A stretch of DNA of 64,000 bases from Macrostomum lignano (Eukaryota). The translations under genes were made by a program, and so were the position numbers. The notes under the pieces are model-generated. The model had not been told where the DNA came from and did no database searches. It saw only the letters and a list, made by a program, of their open reading frames with translations. The stretch is taken from NCBI GenBank assembly GCA_002269645.1, contig NIVC01000507.1, positions 186,001 through 250,000 of the forward strand. Direction: 5' to 3'. This document shows, piece after piece, positions 1-10,136 of the stretch (position 1 is the stretch's first letter; every line of letters starts with the position of its first letter).

Positions 1-826
1 GATAATGAAGGAAGAGAGGCAGTGTGAGATAATGAAGGGAGGGCAGTGTGAGATAATGAAGGGAGGGCAGTGTGAGATAATGAAGGAAGAGAGGCAGTGT
101 GAGATAATGAAGGGAGGGCAGTGTGAGATAATGAAGGGAGGGCAGTGTGAGATAATGAAGGAAGGGCAGTGTGAGATAATGAAGGGAGGGCAGTGTGAGA
201 TAATGAAGGGAGGGCAGTGTGAGATAATGAAGGGAGGGCAGTGTAAGATAATGAAGAAAGGGCAGTGTAAGATAATGAAGGGAGGGCAGTGTGAGATAAT
301 GAAGGGAGGGCAGTGTAAGATAATGAAGAAAGGGCAGTGTGAGATAATGAAGGGAGGGCAGTGTGAGATAATGAAGGGAGGGCAGTGTGAGATAATGAAG
401 GGAGGGCAGTGTGAGATAATGGAGGGCAGTGTGAGATAATGAAGGGAGGGCAGTGTGAGATAATGAAGGGAGGGCAGTGTGAGATAATGAAGGGAGGGCA
501 GTGTGAGATAATGAAGGGAGGGCAGTGTGAGATAATGAAGGGAGGGCAGTGTGAGATAATGAAGGGAGGGCAGTGTAAGATAATGAAGAAAGGGCAGTGT
601 AAGATAATGAAGGGAGGGCAGTGTGAGATAATGGAGGGCAGTGTGAGATAATGAAGGGAGGGCAGTGTGAGATAATGAAGGGAGAGAGGCAGTGTAAGAT
701 AATGAAGGGAGGGCAGTGTGAGATAATGAAGGGAGGGCAGTGTGAGATAATGAAGGGAGGGCAGTGTGAGATAATGAAGGGAGGGCAGTGTGAGATAATG
801 GAGGGCAGTGTGAGATAATGGAGGGC
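1..826. repeat. 24-bp tandem satellite (GATAATGAAGGGAGGGCAGTGTGA)n with 21- and 27-bp variant units; left part, runs off the window edge
   Basis: Period read directly; ORF translations repeat MKGGQCEI (8 aa = 24 bp). Confidence 0.97.
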
Positions 827-3309
827 TCCTGGACCTGATGGTATCTACCCTGTTCTCCTTCGTGAAGCAGCCAAGATACCCTCGTTCCTGAGACTCACCC
901 GCAATCTTATGCGGGCCTCTATCCAGCTGGGATACGTTCCCAAAAGCTGGACTGAAGCTCGAGTAGTCTTTATTCCCAAACCTGGGAAGGGTGACTACCA
1001 AAGCGTCAAGGCCTTCCGGCCAATTAGCTTAACGTCAGCAATGCTTAAGCTCACTGAGAGGCTTATTCTCTGGCGGCTGCTCTCCTGCGAGCTGACAGCG
1101 ATGCCCCTCAGCAATAATCAGCACGCCTTCCGTACCGGGAGGTCGACTGACAGCGCCCTGCATGCGATTGTCGAAAAGATTGAACGGGCGGTACTGGGTG
1201 ACGGTTACGCCCTGGCTCTCTTTCTTGACATTGTTGGCGCCTTCGACAACGTTATCTTTGAAGCGTTTCAGAGGGCCCTTCAAAATCGCAAAGCTCATGC
1301 TACCCTCATACGGTGGATCATGTACATGATCTCCAACCGTACGGTCACTGCCCAACTTCTTGGGCAAACTGCCTCCACCAGAGTCTGTAAGGGTGGACCC
1401 CAAGGCGGAGTCCTCACCCCGACGCTCTGGAACCTGGTCATGGACGCTCTTCTGAGTGACTCCCGACCTGACCCCGTCTTCAAAGTCGGGTATGCTGATG
1501 ACGTCACGGCCATTGTGGCAGGACCGTCTCCCAGCACGCTCAGGGATCTGATGCAGAGCTTTATCCGCAAAGCAGAATCCTGGGCCAATGACAATGGTTT
1601 GGAACTCTCTGAGCCCAAAACCGTTGCCATTATGTTTACCAGCAGACTACGCTGGAACATACGTCCTCTGCAGCTCTACGGCAGAGATATTGCCTTCGCG
1701 CACCAGACCAGATGTCTCGGGGTCACACTTGACCACCGGCTCAACTGGTCCTTCCACGTGAAAGCAAAAGCTAAGCGTGCCTCAGCCATCCTGGCCCAGC
1801 TCCGACGAGCACTTGGCACTTCTTGGGGTCTATCCCCAAAGCGGCTTTGGTGGATCTATACTTCCGTAGTTAGACCTGCCATTACGTACGCCTCTGTTGT
1901 CTGGGTTAGCGCTACCCAGGTCAAAAGCCATGCAGACCTGCTCAACACGATCCAAGGCAGAGCGTGTAGGCTCATCTGCAACGCCACCAGGTCCACGCCC
2001 TTTGCTGGCATGGGGGCCTTTCTTAATCTTCCGCCTCTTGACCTCTTCATCAGGGGTGAGGCGGCTAGAACGACGCGGCGTCTAATTGATGCCGGCGTCA
2101 AATTCATTTACATGAGAGCACCTGCTAAGCGGAACCTTGTCCCGCATAGCGATCTGTGCCTCAACTTTCTCAACGAGTGTCAGGCCAATCGCGTCTTCAC
2201 CGATGGCATTGCCTCAACGCTCAACCTGAGACAGCGCTACTCCGTAGCTATCGACTCGCGCGATAACATCAATGACCATTGGAACCCTGGTGAGCTTCAT
2301 TGCTACACCGACGGTTCTAAGCAGTCAGCCAACACCGGCTTTGGTGTTGGAATCTTTCTGAACGGGAGGGTCATCGCTACCCACGCTCAATACACTGGGG
2401 TCAACTCCAGTGTTTTCCAAAATGAAGTTCTGGCCATCAGCTCCTGCACTGCAGAGCTTCTCGCCACTGGCGTTACTGGTAAGAACATCATTTTCCATTC
2501 GGACAGCCAAGCTGCCTTGCACGCCATCAGTGGCTGCAGCACCAACTCTACTACAGTCCTTGACTGTATCAAACTCCTCAATGTGTTGGGTTCCGCCAAC
2601 AAAATTACCCTTAAGTGGGTTCCGGGGCATGTGGGGATCCGAGGAAATGAGTTGGCTGACACCCTTGCAAAAGTTGGTGCCTCCGGCTCCTCTCTCGGCC
2701 CCGAACCTCTTGTCCCGATTCCTGGCTGTGTCATCGACTCGCGCATCAAAGCGTGGATCAGGACTCAGCACCGCTCGACTTGGGCGAACCGCACGAACTG
2801 CAGGCAATCCAGAGGCGCTGTCCCTCAGCCCTCTCACCAGCTCCGGAAGCTCCTCTTGCGCCTCTCGCGCAGAGACATCCGGGCTGCCACCATGACCCTC
2901 TCTGGTCACGGCTGCTTCTCCAGGCACCAGTACCTGCAGGGCAACGCCACCAACGCCACCTGTAGTTTCTGCAACTCAGGTGACGAAACCGCTGAGCATT
3001 TCGTCAGCATCTGTCCCGCCTTCACGCGGGCCAGACTCACTTACCTCGGGCCACACACATCTATTACTGAAGCGTGCAAACCCGAAAACTTTAATCAGCT
3101 CATGCGCTACCTTCGGGCCACCCGCAGGGCTGAACTCTCCTTTCCAGAGAGCACCATAGCTGCTGGCGACACTGGGGGACCTCCCTGGGCGGCGCCAACC
3201 CTCCGTCCATAGCGACGCGTCGGCCGTTCAGGGACTAGCGGAATGGGCGCCCGCGCCTTCCCGCTGTGTCCCCTCCGGGACAGCCCTGCAGCTAAGTCAA
3301 GTAAGTCAA
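827..3309 (+). mobile_element. 5'-truncated non-LTR retrotransposon (I group, LOA/R1-like; RT + RNase H + CCHC)
   Basis: 15-bp TSD GAGATAATGGAGGGC at 812-826 and 3310-3324; ~100-nt 3' UTR ending in a short tandem tail (AAGTCAAGTAAGTCAA); no ORF1 or endonuclease. Clade assignment is from recalled motif similarity. Confidence 0.92.
828..3212 (+). CDS. Truncated LINE ORF2: reverse transcriptase, RNase H, C-terminal zinc knuckle (first ATG at 909)
   Basis: Frame open from 828 (PGPDGIYP). Motifs FRPISLTS, LDIVGAFD, PQGGVLTPTLW, YADD; RNase H YTDGS..NE..SDSQ..WVPGHVGIRGNELAD; CSFC-x7-H-x4-C. Confidence 0.92.
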   Translation, partial: PGPDGIYPVLLREAAKIPSFLRLTRNLMRASIQLGYVPKSWTEARVVFIPKPGKGDYQSVKAFRPISLTSAMLKLTERLILWRLLSCELTAMPLSNNQHAFRTGRSTDSALHAIVEKIERAVLGDGYALALFLDIVGAFDNVIFEAFQRALQNRKAHATLIRWIMYMISNRTVTAQLLGQTASTRVCKGGPQGGVLTPTLWNLVMDALLSDSRPDPVFKVGYADDVTAIVAGPSPSTLRDLMQSFIRKAESWANDNGLELSEPKTVAIMFTSRLRWNIRPLQLYGRDIAFAHQTRCLGVTLDHRLNWSFHVKAKAKRASAILAQLRRALGTSWGLSPKRLWWIYTSVVRPAITYASVVWVSATQVKSHADLLNTIQGRACRLICNATRSTPFAGMGAFLNLPPLDLFIRGEAARTTRRLIDAGVKFIYMRAPAKRNLVPHSDLCLNFLNECQANRVFTDGIASTLNLRQRYSVAIDSRDNINDHWNPGELHCYTDGSKQSANTGFGVGIFLNGRVIATHAQYTGVNSSVFQNEVLAISSCTAELLATGVTGKNIIFHSDSQAALHAISGCSTNSTTVLDCIKLLNVLGSANKITLKWVPGHVGIRGNELADTLAKVGASGSSLGPEPLVPIPGCVIDSRIKAWIRTQHRSTWANRTNCRQSRGAVPQPSHQLRKLLLRLSRRDIRAATMTLSGHGCFSRHQYLQGNATNATCSFCNSGDETAEHFVSICPAFTRARLTYLGPHTSITEACKPENFNQLMRYLRATRRAELSFPESTIAAGDTGGPPWAAPTLRP

Positions 3310-4220
3310 GAGATAATGGAGGGCAGTGTGAGATAATTAAGGGAGGGCAGTGTGAGATAATGAAGGGAGAGGGGCAGTGTAAGATAATGAAGGGAGGGCA
3401 GTGTGAGATAATGGAGGGCAGTGTGAGATAATGAAGGGAGGGCAGTGTAAGATAATGAAGAAAGGGCAGTGTGAGATAATGAAGGGAGGGCAGTGTGAGA
3501 TAATGAAGGGAGGGCAGTGTGAGATAATGAAGGGAGGGCAGTGTGAGATAATGGAGGGCAGTGTGAGATAATGAAGGGAGGGCAGTGTGAGATAATGAAG
3601 GGAGGGCAGTGTGAGATAATGAAGGGAGGGCAGTGTGAGATAATGAAGGGAGGGCAGTGTGAGATAATGAAGGGAAGGCAGTGTGAGATAATGAAGGAAG
3701 AGAGGCAGTGTGAGATAATGAAGGGAGGGCAGTGTGAGATAATGAAGGGAGGGCAGTGTGAGATAATGAAGGAAGGGCAGTGTGAGATAATGAAGGGAGG
3801 GCAGTGTGAGATAATGAAGGGAGGGCAGTGTGAGATAATGAAGGGAGGGCAGTGTAAGATAATGAAGAAAGGGCAGTGTAAGATAATGAAGGGAGGGCAG
3901 TGTGAGATAATGAAGGGAGGGCAGTGTAAGATAATGAAGAAAGGGCAGTGTGAGATAATGAAGGGAGGGCAGTGTGAGATAATGAAGGGAGGGCAGTGTG
4001 AGATAATGAAGGGAGGGCAGTGTGAGATAATGGAGGGCAGTGTGAGATAATGAAGGGAGGGCAGTGTGAGATAATGAAGGGAGGGCAGTGTAAGATAATG
4101 AAGGGGAGGGCAGTGTGAGATAATGAAGGGAGGGCAGTGTGAGATAATGAAGGGAGGGCAGTGTGAGATAATGAAGGGAGGGCAGTGTGAGATGATGAAG
4201 GGAGGGCAGTGTGAGATAAT
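3310..4220. repeat. 24-bp tandem satellite, right part
   Basis: Same unit as 1-826; resumes at the TSD. Confidence 0.97.
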
Positions 4221-4668
4221 TATCAGAGGAGGGAAGTGTATTGACAAAGTTCAGTCTGTTAAAGTAAATTAAAATAACGAAGCGAATGCTTACAAGTCAA
4301 TAGTAGTTTTAAAAAAATTAAGCACACCAGTTGCTGGAACTGTGCGAGTGTCTAAAATTTACTATAAATCATTCATGAGCTATAGACTTAACAAATTCAG
4401 CTGTATTTACATATTATTCATATTTACGACACCTGCAAACTCTAGATTAGAATAGAAATTGATATTTACACAAATATTAGAATCATCAATTTAGCATTGT
4501 ATGACCTTATCGTAAAAACGGAATTCATGGATTTCAATTATTTATCAGGGAAATATAAGAATGTATCGTAGAAACACGCCAAAACAATTTAAATAATAAT
4601 AGACAAAGCTTAAAAGACATTTCATTCAGCTATTGAGCAAATAATCTTGAAATAGGCCTAGAAGTTAG

Positions 4669-4988
4669 TGGCGGCACATCAAAAGAACTGGGGTAGAGAG
4701 AGGGCTAGCCGCGGCACATCAAAGGAACTGGGGTAGAGAGAGCTAGCGGCGGCACATCAAAGGCACTGGGTTAGAGAGAGCTAGCGGCGGCGTATCAAAG
4801 GAACTGGGGTATAGAGGGCTAGCGGCGGCACATCAAAGGAACTGGGGTAGAGAGAGCTAGCGGCGGCACATCAAAGGAACTGGGGTAGAGAGAGCTAGCG
4901 GCGGCACATCAAAGGAACTGGGGTAGAGAGAGCTAGCGGCGGCACATCAAAGGAACTGGGTTAGAGAGGGCTAGCGGCGGCACATCAA
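4669..4988. repeat. 38-bp minisatellite (GCTAGCGGCGGCACATCAAAGGAACTGGGGTAGAGAGA), ~8 copies
   Basis: GCTAGC recurs at 4742 and 4780 (period 38). Confidence 0.93.
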
Positions 4989-5107
4989 AAAACGACATCA
5001 CAGGTAAAGTAGCATAAACAAGGTAGCTGAATAAAAAATTAAGAAATTACACACTAAACTCATATTTACAGCGCAGAATGGAACACTGTTAACGAATTTC
5101 TTACACA

Positions 5108-7469
5108 TCACCTACGCTTATGAGTATAATAGTGCCTACTTTCTCTGGGTACGCCCAGCAAGTCGCACATGTGCATGCACACGAAAATGTAATAGGCGTA
5201 CAGGCCCAAAACTAGCAGTATAACTTTCCAAATCTGCGACGATATGGCGCGCGGGATCTGAAAGATTTTTTAAAAAATGATGAATTACAATAAATATGTG
5301 AGACATAAGGATGAGAGACAGGGAGATAAGGATGAGAGACAGGGAGATAAGGGTGAGAGACAGGGAGATAAGGATGAGAGACAGGGAGATAAGGATGAGA
5401 GACAGGGAGATAAGGATGAGAGACAGGGAGATAAGGATGAGAGACAGGGAGATAAGGGTGAGAGACAGGGAGATAAGGGTGAGAGACATGGAGCTAAGGA
5501 TGAGAGACAGGGAGATAAGGATGAGAGACAGGGAGATAAGGGTGAGAGACATGGAGCTAAGGATGAGAGACAGGGAGATAAGGGTGAGAGACATGGAGCT
5601 AAGGATGAGAGACGGGGAGATAAGGATGAGAGACAGGGAGATAAGGATGAGAGACAGGGAGATAAGGGTGAGAGACAAGGAGATAAGGATGAGAGACAGG
5701 GAGATAAGGGTGAGAGACAGGGAGATAAGGATCAGAGACGGGAGATAAGGATCAGAGACTGGAGATAAGGATGAGAGAACAGTGAGTCAGAACAGAGAGA
5801 AGGGTGATTGAGACATAATTGAAATAAACGAAGGATAATGCATTGGAAAAACCGGCTTACAAAGGACTTATGCACGGTATAATATTTGTCGCAGGTCAGA
5901 TAGCCGCAAACTGAATCGTACAGCTCGGCTGCAAAAGAAAATAGAGTATAAGAAATGAAAAATTCGTTTTTATAAAAAGCATTAAACTACTAATAGTAGC
6001 TGACTTATACTAGCCTGCGCCGCTTACTTTGAACAGCTTTGCCTGTCTGACCAGAATGAGTGCACGAGGCTACGGCTTGCTTGAAAAATGGATTTGACAG
6101 GGTTGAGAAGTTAGGTTAATGCTAGATTACGAGATTAGTGTTTCGATTTAAAAATAGCATAGATAAAAAAGCTGATTATTACAATGCATTTCTCCATTAA
6201 GGGCAGCATTTGGGCCTCCTTGCACAGAGCCTGTCGCCAGAAGTCGAAGTTCTCGGGCAACGATAGAACGCGACAGCGCAGCAGGGGACATGCGTCCGCT
6301 AGGCATGCTGTGCCATTCTGTTTAGGGTAGAATTTTGATAAACTTAGTGCTAATTAGTCTACGTAGCGTTAAGAGATGGGCTAGGGTAAGGCCAACTGTC
6401 TAGACTGACCAATCAGACACACCGGAGTGAAGTGGGTCTGCTGGGGTAAAGCCCACTAACCAATTAGACACACCGGAGTGAGGTGGGTGTGCTGGGGTAA
6501 AGCCCACTGACCAATCAGACACGCAGGAGTGAGGTGGGTGTGCTGGGTAAAGCCCACTGACCAATCAGACACACCGGAGTGAGGTGGGTGTGCTGGGGTA
6601 AAGCCCACTGACCAATCAGACACGCAGGAGTGAGGTGGGTGTGCTGGGTAAAGTCCACTGATCAATCAGACACACCGGAGTGAGGTGGGTGTGCTGGGGT
6701 AAAGCCCACTGACCAATCAGACACACCGGAGTGAGGTGGGTGTGCTGGGGTAAAGCCAACTGACCAATCAGACACGCAGGAGTGAGGTGGGTGTGCTGGG
6801 GTAAAGCCCACTGACCAATCAGACACACCGGAGTGAGGTGGGTGTGCTGGGGTAAAGCCAAATGACCAATCAGACACGCAAGAGTGAGGTGGGTGTGCTG
6901 GGGTAAAGCCCACTGGCCAATCAGACACGCCGGGTGTGGTGTGGATAAAGACTACTGTTTTCGAGTTTTAGCATAACACTGAACATCGCTCACAGCCACA
7001 GTCTCCGGATGTCGCCTCTCGTAATGATTCCAAAGCGACGACTCTCTATAGAACGACTTGCCGCAGTAGCCGCACTGCCAATTGCTGACACTATTGGCAA
7101 ATGTTCGTTTCTCGTTGTCATAGTAACGGCTTGGTTTAGGTTGGAATAAACAGCCGGGAGGCATCTCGGCCGAGTGACGTTCGAAAATAGGAAGGATCAA
7201 CTGCGGATTAGGGAGTTAGGAACTAATTTTAAAGACTGATACAATTCTACCTTTGATCACATGCACATCAATACTAGATATGAACTGCTCACTTTTTCTA
7301 TGATACTAAGAGCCTCCTTGGACTTCTGCCGACTGCAGCGGTCGCTTCTAGAGCTGTCATCTGCTCGATAGCCAATAGGCAACAAAGCGGCGAGAATCAA
7401 TACAGTAGCAAGCTGTCTCGCCGATGGCAAAGGGCGTGCCACCGATAGACAGAACGGTCCAATAGAAGT
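5108..7469 (-). CDS. Uncharacterised Cys-rich C2H2-like protein with N-terminal hydrophobic segment and C-terminal TM helix. Exons 7469-7293, 7200-6994, 6317-6183, 6079-6028, 5928-5861, 5257-5108; start exon not found
   Basis: All junctions are GT-AG and phase-consistent. Translation: [98 protein letters not shown]..stop. Recalls the plant/invertebrate CSRERSR / WRCGYCKKSF / CLADLC family (from memory). Confidence 0.82.
5295..5775. repeat. 21-bp intronic minisatellite (GATGAGAGACAGGGAGATAAG)n
   Basis: Direct periodicity; DERQGDK repeats in the ORF track. Confidence 0.95.
6405..6930. repeat. 51-bp intronic minisatellite, ~10 copies
   Basis: Units start at 6406, 6457, 6508; 17-aa repeat in the ORF track. 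Confidence 0.95.
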
Positions 7470-7544
7470 CTGGAAATCCAATTCATTTTTTTTATAAATC
7501 AAAGCATTCAAGTATTACTGATATTTTATTGAAACACATGAGTG

Positions 7545-7960
7545 AGGGGTTGTATTGAACTGGTAAGAAGTCTACAGGCTTAGCTGGCCAATCAGACACG
7601 ATAGAGTGAGGTGGCTGAACTGGCAAGAAGTCTACAGGCCTAGCTGGCCAATCAGACACGATGGAGTGAGGTGGCTGAACTGGCAAGAAGTCTACAGGCC
7701 TAGTTGGCCAATCAGACACGATGGAGTGAGGTGGCTGAACTGGCAAGAAGTCTACAGGCCTAGCTGGCCAATCAGACACGATGGAGTGAGGTGGCTGAAC
7801 TGGTAAGAAGTCTACAGGCCTAGCTGGCCAATCAGACACGATGGAGTGAGGTGGCTGAACTGGCAAGAAGTCTACAGGCCTAGCTGGCCAATCAGACACG
7901 ATTGAAGTGAGGTGGCTGAACTGGCAAGAAGTCTACAAGCCTAGTTAGCCAATCAGACAC
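7545..7960. repeat. 60-bp minisatellite, ~7 copies
   Basis: Identical motifs align on successive 60-nt lines; 20-aa repeat in the ORF track. Confidence 0.95.
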
Positions 7961-8959
7961 GTACGCTCTTAAACACAGATTATGTACACCCTTACACACA
8001 GCTTCTAATTTTGACTGAAAAAGACAAAAAGTAGGAATTAACACAGACCGAATTTGACTTTTGGTATGAATAAATGCTGCAAAAAATATTCGACAATATG
8101 TTTATTTATTAATCTTGCAATTTACAAAAATATAAGTCAATCGGACCAGGACAAACATAGGAATGCTAAATATACAGCAAAGGTACATTCAAAGACTGCT
8201 GATGAAATATAACGTAGAAAAATGTACAAAAATAAATTACTAGGTTAAAATTTACAAATTACATGCACTTGTAGAGCAAAACTGAAAGAGAAAACAACCG
8301 GGTGTCATGAAGACAAGAATACGAAGCAAAACAAAGCCTTGAAAGTATTTAAATGCTTTTATAACGGACACTTTTTGGGACGACTTGATATCATAGAAAA
8401 AAACAAATAATAACTGGCAGATTCTATTTATATTACTTAGTAGTAGCATCAGACATTTTGAGCTAGATAAGTACACTGAAAATTGTTACAAAATGCATTA
8501 GAACAGACGAGTAACAACCTGAAATATTTGATTTCAATGAGTCGTGTACAAATATATTCGTACACTTACACTGACCGCAATCGAAAATTGAATATAGATA
8601 TGTACTGAATAAAAAGCAACAGGAATGATTGTGAGATAAAACTTTGGCCCCGGACAACTCCAGAATAATAATAGATGAATAGCTCCAAAAGGAACTGAAA
8701 GTTTAGCGGAAATTGAATGCAATTTTTTAGAAAGCTTAACAACTATTTTATGCAAATTGCTTACTTTGACAGCACTTGGAACTGAAATTCGAAAATGCTT
8801 ATCTGCTTACTCAAAGTAGCAGCAATGCAAATCGACTTAGTCGCATTATCACGACATATTATATTTAGATTTATTACACACTTGTTTGAGCCATCCTTTT
8901 GTCTTGTGTAACAAATCGAAAAAATTAAAAGTTACTTTCAATCAATTCATTAATTTGTT

Positions 8960-9455
8960 AGTCAGTCAGTCAGTCAGTGAGTCAGTGAGTCAGTCAGTGA
9001 GTCAGTGAGTCAGTGAGTGAGCCAGTGAGTCAGTGGGTCAGTGAGTCAGTGAGTCAGTGGGTCAGTGGGTCAGTGAGTCAGTGAGTCAGTCAGTGAGTCA
9101 GTGAGTCAGTGAGTGAGTCAGTGAGTGAGTCAGTGAGTGAGTCAGTGAGTGAGTCAGTGAGTGAGTCAGTCAGTGAGTGAGTCAGTGAGTGAGTCAGTGA
9201 GTCAGTGAGTGAGTCAGTGAGTGAGTCAGTCAGTGAGTGAGTCAGTGAGTGAGTCAGTGAGTGAGTCAGTGAGTGAGTGAGTCAGTGAGTGAGTCAGTGA
9301 GTGAGTCAGTGAGTGAGTGAGTGAGTGAGTGAGTGAGTGAGTGAGTGAGTGAGTGAGTGAGTGAGTGAGTGAGTGAGTGAGTGAGTCAGTCAGTCAGTCA
9401 GTCAGTCAGTCAGTCAGTCAGTCAGTCAGTCAGTCAGTCAGTCAGTCAGTCATCA
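8960..9455. repeat. Compound (TCAG)n/(TGAG)n microsatellite
   Basis: Read directly. Confidence 0.95.
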
Positions 9456-10136
9456 GTCAGTTCTCCTATTAATCCGAAAGCAAAAGCGAAAACTCGGGTA
9501 CCGGTCTACCTAAAGCTCAAATCGTGTGTACCTCACATACGGTCAGACTTGATACAGTTGTATTTATTTCTCACCTTTGTACATATGACTTTGTTAGAAA
9601 CAAAAGAGCAAGCATATTGTGCAAACATTGTTCAATATTTCGACACAGACACAATAAAACTTTCCAACAATACAATTTGACCAACAAACAAAAGCAACAA
9701 AGGACAGTCGCAATTCTGACTGGCAATAAAAAATTAATAATACATCGAAGCAATAGCAAAACACAGAAACAAAACCACACGCAGTTGAATAGAATAGTTC
9801 GAGTCGAATAAAAACCAACGTCAACTGTGCATAAAATTAGCATATTTAATTAGTAGAATCGTACAATTTGAACGCAGAAAAAAGTTTTGTTTTGAGAAAA
9901 GCAAAAGCAGTTTACTCTGATAATTTTTTTATTTTTATAAAACAGGCAAACAACAATAACTAGGCGATAAAAAAGCTGTGGGACAACTGAATGACGCGCG
10001 ATATAGACTACTACTTGACTATATGACTTAGTAGTAGTAAGCAGAGAAAATCTAAGCAAAATCACACAGAGACAGCAAATTTACTATGCATAAATATAGA
10101 TAGAAGGTCGAATTTATTAAATAATTATTTTGCAAA

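Noticed and set aside
3280-3309. SINE tail derived from this LINE (ACAGCC..TGCAGCT.AG similarity to ~53865-53885)
   Set aside because: The match is short and gapped, and in the SINE it spans a deletion junction absent from the other two copies.
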